Origin: Candidatus Latescibacterota bacterium
GTDB lineage: Bacteria > Latescibacterota > UBA2968 > UBA8231
NCBI GenBank assembly: GCA_965243025.1
Contig: CBDETY010000003.1
Location: 2,304,001 to 2,368,000, forward strand
DNA: 64,000 bases
Direction: 5' to 3'
The notes under the pieces are model-generated. The model worked only from the letters and a program-made list of their open reading frames with translations. It was not told the DNA's origin and searched no databases. A program made the position numbers and the translations under genes. How positions within the stretch are numbered: position 1 is the stretch's first letter; each line of letters opens with the position of its first letter. Below, piece by piece: positions 38,304 through 48,340 of this stretch.

Positions 38304-39047
38304 CTATTTGAGTTTGACGATTTCGCGCTGCGCGGCGCTCAGACGAGCGTCGAGGCCGGGGCTGAAGCGCAGCCCCTGGCCCCCCCAGTCGGGCATGTAA
38401 CCCGTGCTGTAACAATAATAAAGGGTCCGTCTCGGACGGCGGGAAGTGTTGACGGTGGAACCGTGCGTCAGGGCTTCGGTGAAGACGATGGCGTCCCCGG
38501 CCTTGGCCGGCAGCGGCACCAGGGCCGGGTCCTCGTCCGGGTGCGGTCCCCAGGGCCGCGGGAAGTTCGCCTTGTGGGTGCCGGGAACCACGGCGAAGCA
38601 GCCGTCTTCCGGCCCGCAGTCGACGGCGGGGAACACCGCCTTGGTCAGCGTCGACACCATCTGCCCGTTGTGGCAGCGGTACTGGCACTTCGGGTTGACC
38701 GGGGTGCCGTGCATGTGCATGTGCGTGAACCCGCCTCCCCAGCGATAGATGGCGTAGGTGTGGTTCAGGCGCCAGGGGCCCCCGGTGACGGCTTCGACCA
38801 CGTCGAGGACCTCGGGAAGCTCCATCAGCGGCAGCATGGCCGCGTCCGCTTCCATGATGTTGGAGATGTAGAGCTCCTGCCCGGTCTTATCCGTGCCGAG
38901 GACCAGGGGCTCGGGGTACTCCTCCGGGTCCATCCCCTCGAAGCGGTCGAGCACCTCGTTGGCGGCGGCTACCAGCTCGGGCGGGACCACCTGCTCGAGC
39001 AGGATGTAGCCGTTGAGGTCGAACAGGTAGGTCTGCTCCGCGTTCAT
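38304..39047 (-). CDS. PhyH-family dioxygenase lacking canonical HxD
   Basis: YLFDLNGY, HMHMHGTP, VPGTHK, TEALTHG..RR. Confidence 0.8.
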   Translation of the reverse strand: MNAEQTYLFDLNGYILLEQVVPPELVAAANEVLDRFEGMDPEEYPEPLVLGTDKTGQELYISNIMEADAAMLPLMELPEVLDVVEAVTGGPWRLNHTYAIYRWGGGFTHMHMHGTPVNPKCQYRCHNGQMVSTLTKAVFPAVDCGPEDGCFAVVPGTHKANFPRPWGPHPDEDPALVPLPAKAGDAIVFTEALTHGSTVNTSRRPRRTLYYCYSTGYMPDWGGQGLRFSPGLDARLSAAQREIVKLK

Positions 39048-39118
39048 TTCGGTTTCCGGGCTCCTCTCCGGTTGAAGGTCATTCCCCGCTCTCGCAACCC
39101 GGCAGCCGGACGGGCTTT

Positions 39119-40351
39119 TCACTCGGCTGCCAGGTCCCCCTCCAGGCCGGCCCCCCAGGCGAGCAGCTCCTCGTCGCGGCCCATGGGAGCGATGAACTGG
39201 ATCCCCAGGGGCATGCCCGAATCCGAGGACTCTCCCGCGGGCAGCCCCAGCACCGGCATCCCGGCGTGGGTCCAGGGCAGGTTCATGCTCGGGTCTCCGG
39301 TGGTCGCCAGTCCCTTCGGGGCCGGTCCGGTGGCCGCCGGACAGGCCCAGAGGTCGACCCCTTCCGCGGCCATCAGGGCCTCGAGCTCCTGGCGCAGCCC
39401 GCCTCTGCCGCGGCGGGCGTTTTCGAGCGCCGCCCGCGGCACGGAGCGGCCCTGCTCGACCAGGGCGGCGGTGCCCTCGTCGTAGAGGCCGGCGTGCTCG
39501 TCGAACCAGGGCTCGTGGACCCGGGCCATCTCCGCGGCCATCATCTGCCGGTGGCGGTAGTCGATCTCCTCGATGTCCGCCAACGCCGGCACCTCGGCGA
39601 CTTCGTACCCGGCACCCCGCAGGAGCTCCAGCTGGTTCTCGAAATCCTCCCGGGCAGCCGGCTCGGTCTGGTCGAGATAGGGGCCCTCCGGAATCCCGAG
39701 GACCGGCCGGCCCGGGGCGGAAACGCCCGCCCGCCACTCGCCGCATAGGACGGAAGCGGCCCGTCCCGCGGTTGCCGCGTCCCGGGTGAAGGTGCCGATG
39801 GTGTCGACCGACGGCGAGCAGTGGATGAACCCGGAGATGTCGATGCGGCCGTAGCCCGGCTTGAAGCCGGCGATCCCGCAGAAAGCCGCCGGCCGCACGA
39901 TCGAACCGATGGTTTGCGAGCCGAGCGCCAGCGGGCAGTACCCGGCGGCAACGGCCGCGGCCGAACCGCTGCTCGAGCCTCCGGGGGTGTGCTCGAGGTT
40001 GATGGGATTGCGCGTCGCCGCCGGCTTGAAGCAGGCGAACTCCGTGGTCACCGACTTGCCGAGCACCAGGGCCCCCGCCCGCCGCAGCGCCCGGATGCAC
40101 CCGGCTTCCGGTCCGGCGAGCACCCCGGCGGGCAGCTGCGAGCCGGCGCGGGTCTCGAACCCGTCGACGTGGATGATGTCCTTGACGGCGACCAGCCTGC
40201 CGTACAGGGGCATGCCGGCGCCGGCTTCCGCGGGCAGCCGGGCGGCCTCCTCCAGCAGGCGGGAGCGGCGGTCCGCCTCGGGCAGCAGCGCGCGGATGTC
40301 GCTGTCGAGCGCCTCTATGCGGCTGCAGGCCTCACCTATCTCTTCCCTCAT
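39119..40351 (-). CDS. Amidase signature family protein
   Basis: VKDII, PGGSSSGSAAAV, LGSQTIGSIVRPA. Confidence 0.92.
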   Translation of the reverse strand: MREEIGEACSRIEALDSDIRALLPEADRRSRLLEEAARLPAEAGAGMPLYGRLVAVKDIIHVDGFETRAGSQLPAGVLAGPEAGCIRALRRAGALVLGKSVTTEFACFKPAATRNPINLEHTPGGSSSGSAAAVAAGYCPLALGSQTIGSIVRPAAFCGIAGFKPGYGRIDISGFIHCSPSVDTIGTFTRDAATAGRAASVLCGEWRAGVSAPGRPVLGIPEGPYLDQTEPAAREDFENQLELLRGAGYEVAEVPALADIEEIDYRHRQMMAAEMARVHEPWFDEHAGLYDEGTAALVEQGRSVPRAALENARRGRGGLRQELEALMAAEGVDLWACPAATGPAPKGLATTGDPSMNLPWTHAGMPVLGLPAGESSDSGMPLGIQFIAPMGRDEELLAWGAGLEGDLAAE

Positions 40352-40433
40352 GCCCGGCCTCCCCCGCAAGCCTGCGGAATCCGCGCCCGGTTCCACGCGC
40401 CCGTTGGAGTATCCCATCCGTCCTGCCTCCGCG

Positions 40434-41330
40434 TCACTTCTTCCGGGGGCGTTTCTTCGCCGCCTTCTTCGGCGGTTTCCATTTCGCGAGGTGGCCCTGC
40501 CAGCTTTTCTCCAGCTCCCCCCTGATCGCCTTGACGTCGCGGAAGCGGTCGCCGAACACCGACAGGTGGTAGCCGCCGGGGATCTGCTCCGGGCAGACGA
40601 ACAGCTCGCGGCCCGGTGTCGCCGCCTTGAGCCAGAGCGCCAGCAGCTTGTCGGCGAACTCCATGCAGTCGATGAACTCCGGTGTCAGCCTGCCCCCCGG
40701 GCCGAGGGCGGGGATCATCGCGTGGTGCCCGTTGAAGGGGCGGAAGTGGATCTGGTTGGCGAGCTGCACGAGGTCGGGGCGCTCGACGAGGCGCTTGAAG
40801 TAGGGGGGCGACAGGTGCTTGACGACCGCGGGGTGGGAGAAATCCCAGGTCATCTTCAACGGCCGCTTCTCCTCCTTCTCGAACCCCTCGGCCAGGGCGT
40901 AGGTCTTCTCCGGGGTCTCCGTGCAGGTGTCGCGGTGGACCTCGATCGACACATCCATTTCGAGCTCGTCGGCGACGCGCATGACCTCGCGGGCGCAGGC
41001 GACCGCCTCCGCGGTGCCGGTGTCGTGGTCGAGCATCTGCACGTTGACGACGCGGGCGTTGTACTTCCTGATCCGCTTGAGCTTGCGCTCCACCTCCTTC
41101 GGCCCGCCCATGTCGGTGGTGCAGGCGAAGATGAGCCCTGACTCGGCGACCACTTCGGGCGGGAACATGATGACGCGCCCGAGGAAGCCGTCGAAGCCGG
41201 CGTTCTTTATGCGCTTCAGCTTCTGGGGGAACGTCCATTCCACCCCCTTGGTGCCGTACCCGAGCAGGGTGCCGACCGAGCACATGTGGCGCAGGACCGG
41301 GGGTTCGGCCTGCTGTTTCGATTTTGCCAT
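40434..41330 (-). CDS. Xylose isomerase-like TIM-barrel (sugar phosphate isomerase/epimerase family)
   Basis: IEVHRD, WDFSH, IHFR, CPE. Confidence 0.75.
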   Translation of the reverse strand: MAKSKQQAEPPVLRHMCSVGTLLGYGTKGVEWTFPQKLKRIKNAGFDGFLGRVIMFPPEVVAESGLIFACTTDMGGPKEVERKLKRIRKYNARVVNVQMLDHDTGTAEAVACAREVMRVADELEMDVSIEVHRDTCTETPEKTYALAEGFEKEEKRPLKMTWDFSHPAVVKHLSPPYFKRLVERPDLVQLANQIHFRPFNGHHAMIPALGPGGRLTPEFIDCMEFADKLLALWLKAATPGRELFVCPEQIPGGYHLSVFGDRFRDVKAIRGELEKSWQGHLAKWKPPKKAAKKRPRKK

Positions 41331-41660
41331 GAGATCTCCTTCCCTGTGTGAACCCGCCGGCGCCCGGCATGCGAAGCGCAGCGGGGGCGACCTGAATGGT
41401 ATTGGTACTTGTCAGTTGGTTAAAGGTTGAAGCAACAGCAGCAGCACTGATCCGGCACCGGGCGCGACGACTCCTGCCCGGAAATCTACATCAATGCCGC
41501 ACGAGCCGATAATCATGCACGTACAGTAATCCGTCGCAGTGATCATTTACCCGACTCTGTTCGAGCTGTACCGCCAGCATCTCAAGGGAGGGTTGCGGGA
41601 GCCAGGCGTGCGCGCGATGATCCTCTACTCTACAAACCCGCGGCTGCAAACTCACCAGCT

Positions 41661-42044
41661 TCAGGCGCCGCCACCAATCGTAAACTGCCGTAACGGAATC
41701 GACCTGTAACGCTTGTCGCCTTCCGCGATTTCAATCGACTGGTCCATCGGCACATCAGAGAAGGTCTGAGTCAAATCAGATGTGGGCCAGTACACTTCGA
41801 TCGACTCGATCCGTTCAGCTTTTCCCAGACCAATGTTCTGACGCAGCGGATTGCACCCGAAGCTGCCGCCACTGTTGACGTATCGGTAAATCGATCGCTC
41901 GCGGCTGTCTTCGACGATCCTGACGTGAATACGTGCACCGATCGCAGAACGGTTCGATTGCCGACCCGTAAGTTTGACCGTGATCCAGTGGTGGTTGAAC
42001 CCTGGATTCTCGAACAGCGCGTCGTGATAGTGGTCACCTGTCAA
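41661..42044 (-). pseudogene. ASPIC/UnbV C-terminal fragment of a CRTAC1/FG-GAP protein
   Basis: SNRSAIGARI, SGGSFG, IGLGK..IEVYWP; FG-GAP repeats absent upstream. Confidence 0.7.
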
Positions 42045-42192
42045 TTGCCCGCGGGGCGCCTCGGCATCCCGATTTTGTCAATCTATCTCTGCGACGGGAC
42101 ACTAGCCGTCCGAACCGGGCAACTGAAGGCATGGGGATTTTCACCCCACAAAATGCGCGGCCTTGTCGGCCGCTCCTGCAACGTTATGGTTG

Positions 42193-42201
42193 TGCTATAT
42201 T
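42193..42201 (+). promoter_or_regulatory. Extended -10 promoter for the NHL-GH95 operon
   Basis: TGCTATATT about 50 bp upstream of 42254. Confidence 0.35.
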
Positions 42202-42253
42202 CTGGAACTGAAAATACTGACACTGGAACTACAGAAAAAGGGGCGCTACGAGA

Positions 42254-43114
42254 GTGAAGAAATTCGGATCAGGCGACTACACTTACAGAGCCGTGGAGGG
42301 ATGGGGCCTTGGGCCGGAAGGGTGGGATTTCGGCGTCGTGTCGTCTATGGCGACCGACTCACAGGATCGCGTCTACATCATCGACCGGGAGCCGAACCCG
42401 GCGATCGTCGTGCTGGACCGATCCGGCAAACTGCTGAACAGCTGGGGGCAGGATTTCTTCAAGGTCCCGCACTCAATTTGGATCAGTCCCGATGACATCG
42501 CTTACATAACGGACTGTGAGTTGCACACGGCAACCGTCCATACCCTGGAGGGAGAGCTGGTTGCAACGCTGGGTACGCCGGGCACAGCTGGAGAGCCCGG
42601 CAAGCCTTTCAACCGTCCAACCTGGGCCGTCCTTGGAAATAACGATGATCTCTATGTGAGTGATGGTTATGGACAGAATCTCGTTCATCGCTTTTCCACG
42701 GATGGAGAATTGCTGCGCACGTGGGGTGGAGATGGCACGGATCCGGGACAGTTCGATACCCCGCATTGCCTTCGCGTGGACAAAGACGACCGGGTGCTCG
42801 TCCTCGATCGCACCAATGCGCGAATTCAGATATTCGACGCCGAGGGGAATTTCCAACAGCAGTGGACGCACTTGTTTGACGCCAACGATCTCTTCATCGA
42901 CAGCGATGATGTCGTCTATCTCGCCGAGTCCCCGCGGCGAATCAGTATCCTCGATCTCGAAGGGAACGTAATCACCCAGTTTGGAGAAGAAGGTGAGGGG
43001 CCTGGTCAGATGGTCGATCATCCCCACGGTATCTGGGTGGACTCCCGCGGCGATATCTACATGTGTGAGGTCCCCCGCACGCCGAATCGGCTGACGAAGT
43101 ATGAGCGCGTGTAA
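42254..43114 (+). CDS. NHL-repeat protein, copy 2
   Basis: Colinear paralog of 4644-5504 with lower-GC codon usage. Confidence 0.88.
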   Translation: MKKFGSGDYTYRAVEGWGLGPEGWDFGVVSSMATDSQDRVYIIDREPNPAIVVLDRSGKLLNSWGQDFFKVPHSIWISPDDIAYITDCELHTATVHTLEGELVATLGTPGTAGEPGKPFNRPTWAVLGNNDDLYVSDGYGQNLVHRFSTDGELLRTWGGDGTDPGQFDTPHCLRVDKDDRVLVLDRTNARIQIFDAEGNFQQQWTHLFDANDLFIDSDDVVYLAESPRRISILDLEGNVITQFGEEGEGPGQMVDHPHGIWVDSRGDIYMCEVPRTPNRLTKYERV

Positions 43115-43136
43115 ATGACAAGGGAATGACACCACC

Positions 43137-45461
43137 GTGACGGAGATGAAGCTCTGGCACCGGAATCCGGCGCGCGATTACATCGCCGGCTTGCCAATCG
43201 GCACGGGCAGACTGGCGGCCATGGTCCTGGGCGATCCGGCCACCGAGCGAGTCGCTCTCAACCACGAATGGCTGTGGCGCGGCGAGAGCCGGTGCCGCGA
43301 CACCCAGCCGCGCGCCCACCTGCTGGCCGAGGTGAGACAGCTCCTGCTGGAGGGGCGCTATGAGGAGGGAACGATACTGGGCACCGAGGCCTTTGGCAAC
43401 ATCAGCGGCGATCGCGACGAGCCGATCCATCTCGATCCCTACCAGCCGGCCGGGGATCTGTTTTTTCAGCCGGATCATGGAGAGGTGGCGGGCTATCGGC
43501 GCGAGCTCGATCTGCGCAACGGAGTGGTCTCGGTCCAGTACGAAGCAGAAGGCACCCACTTCACCAGGCAGTACCTGGCGCACATCCCGAGCGACTTGAT
43601 TCTGGTGCGTCTGATGGCAAACCGGCGCTTCGGTGTTCGGGTGTGGCTCGACCGGGTAGCAGACGAGCACTGTCTCGTGCGGCGGGAACGCTTGATCCTC
43701 GACGGGGTTTTCAACGCCGGCATCTCCTTTCGGATCCAGGTGCGACACCACTTGCGCGGCGGGTCTGCGCACTGGGAAGATGACGTGCTCGTTATCGACG
43801 AAGCGGACGAGCTTCTGCTAGGCACCGACATCGGCACCTCGGCCACCGGGCGATCTCCTCAGCAGGAGTGCCGGGTGCGGCGGCTGGAAACAACGAACTG
43901 GGAGGAGTTGGTACGGGATCACGAGCGGGCATACCAAGAGCTGTACGGGAAGCTGCAACTGGACGTGGACGTGGCGGAATCGGATCGACCCACCGACGAG
44001 CGGCTCGAAGCGCTTCGCCAGGGAGTCGAGGACCCGGGCCTCCCGCTTCTCTTTTTCAACTACGGGCGCTACCTGCACGTCGCATCTACGGCGACCGCAG
44101 AACTGCCCCCCAATCTTCAGGGCAAGTGGAATGAGGAACTGGAGCCATCCTTCCGCTGCGACTACCACCACAATGTCAATCTGGAGATGAACTACTGGCA
44201 CGCCGAGGCTGGTCACCTCCACTGGACTGCGGAACTGCTGTTCGATCACATGGAACGATTTCTGACGCACGGGCGCAAGGCTGCCCGCGACCTGTACGGT
44301 TGTGATGGTGTGCTGGTGCCGCTGCAGACCGACCCCTGGGGGCGAGCGACGCCCCAGTGGTTCGGCTGGGATGTGTGGATCGGGGGAGCCGCCTGGCTGG
44401 CTCAGCACCTGTGGTGGCACTACGAGTACGGGTTGGACATGGAGTTTCTGCGGGAGCGCGCCTACCCGTTTTTCAAGGAAGTAGCGGCGTTCTATGAAAC
44501 CTACCTCATCGAGGACGAGGCAGGGATCCTGCAGATCGTGCCCTCACAGTCGCCTGAAAACCGCTTTGTCGGCGGCGGCGATCTACCGGTCAGCCTGTGC
44601 GTGTCGGCCACCATGGATGTGCTCCTTGCCCGGCAGGCCCTGGAGTACGCCCGGCGCTCGGCCGAGCTGCTCGGCCTGGACGAGGAGAAGCGGCAGATGT
44701 GGGCGGGGCTGGTGGAGAGACTGCCGCACATCGGCACAGGTCGATTCGGCCAGCTGATGGAATGGAACGAGGATTTCGATGAGGTCGAGCCCGGCCACAG
44801 GCACTATTCGCATCTCATCGGCATGTATCCAGGCGACCAGCTGGACCCGGAAAACACACCGGAGCTGTGGGAATCCGCCCGAGTGTCGCTGGAGCGGCGA
44901 CTGGCTCACGGCGGCGGTCATGCTCCCTGGAGCCGGGTCTGGACTTCCTGCCTCTTCGCGCGCATGGGCGATTCTCAGCAGGCGTGGCACCACTTGATGC
45001 TGCAGCTGGAGGAGTTTGCGGGGGAAAGCTTGCTGAGCCTGCATACGGGTGTACAACCGCCCCGGCTCTTCCAGATCGACGGCAACCTCGGGGGAGCGGC
45101 GGCAGTCCTGGAGATGCTCCTCCAGAGCTATCGCAGTGAGCTGCATCTGCTACCGGCTCTCCCGGCAGCCTGGCCGGACGGGAGAGCTCACGGTCTGCGC
45201 GCCCGGGGGGGGTATGAGATCGACCTTGCTTGGGCACGGGGAACGCTGAGGCGGGCCGAAATCAGGCCGAGCGTCAGCGGCACCTGCACCATCCTGCACA
45301 CTGACGGCCGCTACCGTATCGCAGACGACCACGGGGTGCCGGTGGACACCAGACGGGGTGGACATCGGCTGGCCTTCGAAGTGTCAAACGAGAGAAGCTA
45401 TGTCGTGAGCCTTACGCAGGAGAATGTGGGCGAGTTGCTGGCAAGTTCGCCTGCTCAATGA
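43137..45461 (+). CDS. GH95 alpha-L-fucosidase/galactosidase
   Basis: [41 protein letters not shown]. Confidence 0.92.
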   Translation: MTEMKLWHRNPARDYIAGLPIGTGRLAAMVLGDPATERVALNHEWLWRGESRCRDTQPRAHLLAEVRQLLLEGRYEEGTILGTEAFGNISGDRDEPIHLDPYQPAGDLFFQPDHGEVAGYRRELDLRNGVVSVQYEAEGTHFTRQYLAHIPSDLILVRLMANRRFGVRVWLDRVADEHCLVRRERLILDGVFNAGISFRIQVRHHLRGGSAHWEDDVLVIDEADELLLGTDIGTSATGRSPQQECRVRRLETTNWEELVRDHERAYQELYGKLQLDVDVAESDRPTDERLEALRQGVEDPGLPLLFFNYGRYLHVASTATAELPPNLQGKWNEELEPSFRCDYHHNVNLEMNYWHAEAGHLHWTAELLFDHMERFLTHGRKAARDLYGCDGVLVPLQTDPWGRATPQWFGWDVWIGGAAWLAQHLWWHYEYGLDMEFLRERAYPFFKEVAAFYETYLIEDEAGILQIVPSQSPENRFVGGGDLPVSLCVSATMDVLLARQALEYARRSAELLGLDEEKRQMWAGLVERLPHIGTGRFGQLMEWNEDFDEVEPGHRHYSHLIGMYPGDQLDPENTPELWESARVSLERRLAHGGGHAPWSRVWTSCLFARMGDSQQAWHHLMLQLEEFAGESLLSLHTGVQPPRLFQIDGNLGGAAAVLEMLLQSYRSELHLLPALPAAWPDGRAHGLRARGGYEIDLAWARGTLRRAEIRPSVSGTCTILHTDGRYRIADDHGVPVDTRRGGHRLAFEVSNERSYVVSLTQENVGELLASSPAQ

Positions 45462-45742
45462 GATTGGGCGCCCGCCTGTCCAGCCCTGGGGATCGTCCGG
45501 CTCAGGCCCGATATCCCGAGGTGTTTGCGGGCTCCGCGAGTCGTTTGGCGGGTGAAGCAGAGTACTGGGGGCTGTGTCTCTGCTAGGTATCCCCCCCTCA
45601 AAAAAAAAGCAGGTAGTCAAGAGGTTTTTTCGAGCGAGTCAAACTCCCCCACCGGAACAGGATGTCGAGGCTCGAACTTTTATTGAAGCCCCTGTCGCCA
45701 TGGAGCTCGACCAGACGCTTCAGGAACTGAAGCCCCGCCTCC

Positions 45743-45772
45743 TTGACTCGCGGATTTCGTCGCTCGTAACTT
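45743..45772 (+). promoter_or_regulatory. Putative sigma70 promoter of the mrp operon
   Basis: TTGACT-N18-TAACTT upstream of mnhE. Confidence 0.35.
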
Positions 45773-45796
45773 AGGGGAAAACAAGTTGTTAGATCA

Positions 45797-46294
45797 TTGA
45801 ACCGGGGAGCGGTCATGAGGCGAACGATCAGTCTTTTTGCGGTGATGATGGCGGTGTGGCTGCTGTGGTCGGGGCAGTACACCTGGCTGCTCGTCGGCTT
45901 CGGCCTGCTCTCCTGTCTGCTGGTCGCCGTTATCGCCCGCCGCATGCGCATCCTCGATTTCGAAGGCCACCCCGTTCACCTGGCGCGGCGGCTGCCGGCA
46001 TACTGCCTGTGGCTGCTCCTGGCGATCGTCCGCTCCAACCTCGACGTCGCCCGCCGCATTCTCCATCCGCGCCTTCCGGTCAGCCCCCGGATCGTCCGCG
46101 TCAAGGCGAGCCAGCGCACCGATCTCGGCAAGGTCGTCTTCGCCAACTCCATCACCCTGACCCCGGGGACGCTGACGCTCGAGGTCGAAGGGGACGAGAT
46201 CGAGGTGCACGCCCTGACCCGGGAGAGCGCCGCCGACCTCGAGTCGGGTGAGATGGACCGCCGCGTGACCTGGGTCGAGGGGGAGGAAGACTGA
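45797..46294 (+). CDS. mnhE: Na+/H+ antiporter subunit E
   Basis: ANSITLTPGT, VHAL; true start may be the ATG at 45815. Confidence 0.92.
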   Translation: MNRGAVMRRTISLFAVMMAVWLLWSGQYTWLLVGFGLLSCLLVAVIARRMRILDFEGHPVHLARRLPAYCLWLLLAIVRSNLDVARRILHPRLPVSPRIVRVKASQRTDLGKVVFANSITLTPGTLTLEVEGDEIEVHALTRESAADLESGEMDRRVTWVEGEED

Positions 46295-46572
46295 TGTTCG
46301 CCGCCGCGGCGGCCGCGATCATCTTCACCCTCGTGCTCGCCCTGGCGCGGGCGGCTCTCGGGCCGACGGCCTACGACCGCATCCTCGCCGTCAACATGGC
46401 GGCGACCAAGACCGTGCTCCTGATCGCGGTGGCCGGCTTTCTCACCGGCCGCCCCGACTTCCTCGACCTCGCCCTCGCCTGCGTGCTCCTCAACTTCATC
46501 GCCGCGGTCGCCGTCCTGAAATTCGTCGACCGCGGGGATTTCTCCGTATCGGGAGAGGCCGGCAATGGCTGA
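46294..46572 (+). CDS. mnhF: Na+/H+ antiporter subunit F
   Basis: GPTAYDRILA, LDLAL. Confidence 0.9.
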   Translation: MFAAAAAAIIFTLVLALARAALGPTAYDRILAVNMAATKTVLLIAVAGFLTGRPDFLDLALACVLLNFIAAVAVLKFVDRGDFSVSGEAGNG

Positions 46573-46945
46573 GGCGGTCGCCGCCTGCTGCTGGGTCCTG
46601 CTGCTGTCCGGGTCGCTGTTCTGCGCCGTCGGCGGCGTCGGCCTTATGCGGCTCCCCGACTTCTTCACCCGCGCCCACGGCGCCGGAATCACCGACACCC
46701 TCGGAACCGGGCTGCTGATCGCCGGCATGGCCGTCTACCACGAGGGGGGCCTGTTGCTTCAGTACCTCGACGGGGCCATCGCCGCCGGGGAGCTGTTCCG
46801 GGGCTCGCTGGTCACCTTCAAGCTGATTCTCATCCTCCTGATCCTGTGGCTGTCGAGCCCGACCGCCACCCACGCCATCGCCAAGGCGGCGCGCCTGTCC
46901 GGCCTCGAGCCGCTGGCCGGCGGGGCCGAAGGAAAATCCCCGTGA
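46565..46945 (+). CDS. mnhG: Na+/H+ antiporter subunit G
   Basis: RLPDFFTRAH, PTATHAIAKAA. Confidence 0.9.
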   Translation: MAEAVAACCWVLLLSGSLFCAVGGVGLMRLPDFFTRAHGAGITDTLGTGLLIAGMAVYHEGGLLLQYLDGAIAAGELFRGSLVTFKLILILLILWLSSPTATHAIAKAARLSGLEPLAGGAEGKSP

Positions 46946-47487
46946 CCGAGCTGCTCAACGTCTGCCTGCTCGCCTTCATGGCAGTCGTCGCCCTCGTCGT
47001 CCTGCGCCTGCGCAACCTGTTCGCCGCAGCGATGGTGGCGAGCTTCTTCAGCCTGCTTTCGGCCGGGATGTTCGTGGTCCTCGACGCCGTCGACGTCGCC
47101 TTCACCGAGGTCGCCGTCGGCGCCGGGGTGACGACCGTCATCATGCTCGGCACCCTGCTCCTGACCAGGACGGAGGAGAAGGCCGCGGCCTTCTGGTCCC
47201 CGTGGCCCCTGCTCGCGGTGCTGGCGCTGGGCGGGCTGCTGGTCTACGGCACCCTCGACATGCCCCGCTACGGCGATCCGGCCTCGGCGGTGCACACCCA
47301 CGTCGGCCCCCGCTACATCGAGGAGTCCCCCGCCGAAACCGGGGTGCCGAACATGGTGACCTCGGTGCTGGCGAGCTACCGCGGCTACGACACCCTCGGG
47401 GAGACCGCGGTGATCTTCACCGCCGGCATCGGCCTGCTGCTGCTGATCGGGGCCGGGTTCGGCGGGCGCCGGGAGGAGGGTCCGTGA
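46942..47487 (+). CDS. MnhB-related subunit (DUF4040-type, equivalent to the MrpA C-terminal part)
   Basis: DVAFTEVAVGAG, NMVTSVLASYRGYDTLGE. Confidence 0.85.
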   Translation: MTELLNVCLLAFMAVVALVVLRLRNLFAAAMVASFFSLLSAGMFVVLDAVDVAFTEVAVGAGVTTVIMLGTLLLTRTEEKAAAFWSPWPLLAVLALGGLLVYGTLDMPRYGDPASAVHTHVGPRYIEESPAETGVPNMVTSVLASYRGYDTLGETAVIFTAGIGLLLLIGAGFGGRREEGP

Positions 47488-47921
47488 GCGACCACCTGAT
47501 CCTGCGCGTCGTCGCCAAGCTGTTCATCCCCTTCATCCTGCTGTTCGCCCTCTACGTGCAGTTCCACGGCGACTTCGGGCCGGGGGGCGGCTTCCAGGCC
47601 GGGGTGATCTTCGCCGCGGCCTTCGCCCTCCACTGCCTGGTGTTCGGCATCGACCGGGTCCGCCGCGCCTTCCCGCCGCGCCTGGTCGAGTTCTGCGCCG
47701 CCTTCGGCGTGCTCCTCTACATCGGCACCGGGGTCGCCGGGATCCTGCTCGGGGGGGCCTTCCTCGACTACAACGTCCTCGGCAGCGACCCGGTGAAGGG
47801 GCAGCACCTCGGCATCCTGCTGGTCGAGCTGGGGGTCGGGATCACCGTCGCCGCGGTGATGGTGGCGCTGTTCTACTGCTTCTGCGGGAGGTCGCCGGAA
47901 GGAAGGGGCGGGAAGCAGTGA
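47484..47921 (+). CDS. mnhB: Na+/H+ antiporter subunit B
   Basis: HGDFGPGGGFQAG, ELGVG. Confidence 0.9.
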   Translation: MSDHLILRVVAKLFIPFILLFALYVQFHGDFGPGGGFQAGVIFAAAFALHCLVFGIDRVRRAFPPRLVEFCAAFGVLLYIGTGVAGILLGGAFLDYNVLGSDPVKGQHLGILLVELGVGITVAAVMVALFYCFCGRSPEGRGGKQ

Positions 47922-48340
47922 GCGGCTGGTCCGGCCTCTACAACTACTGGGCCGTCATCTTCCTGATGATGACCGGCCTCTACACCGTGATCTCGCGCCA
48001 CAACCTCGTCAAGAAGGTGATCGGGCTGACGGTCTTCCAGACCTCGGTGTTCCTGCTCTACATCACCATGGGCAAGGTCGCCGGCGGCACGGCGCCGATC
48101 GTCGCCGCGGGCGGGGCGGCGTACGCCAATCCCCTGCCCCACGCCCTCATCCTGACCGCCATCGTCGTCGGCATCTCCACGACCGCGGTCGGACTCGCCC
48201 TGATCATCCGCATCCACCAGGCCTACGGCACCCTGGAGGAGGACGAGATCGCCGCCCTGGACCATCCCCCGACGGACGGACCGCCCCCGGACGATTTCCC
48301 CCCGGATCGCAATTGCTCGGCCACCTCCCGATCCTGCTGA
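47918..48340 (+). CDS. mnhC: Na+/H+ antiporter subunit C
   Basis: NLVKKVIGL, NPLPHALILTAIVVG. Confidence 0.92.
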   Translation: MSGWSGLYNYWAVIFLMMTGLYTVISRHNLVKKVIGLTVFQTSVFLLYITMGKVAGGTAPIVAAGGAAYANPLPHALILTAIVVGISTTAVGLALIIRIHQAYGTLEEDEIAALDHPPTDGPPPDDFPPDRNCSATSRSC

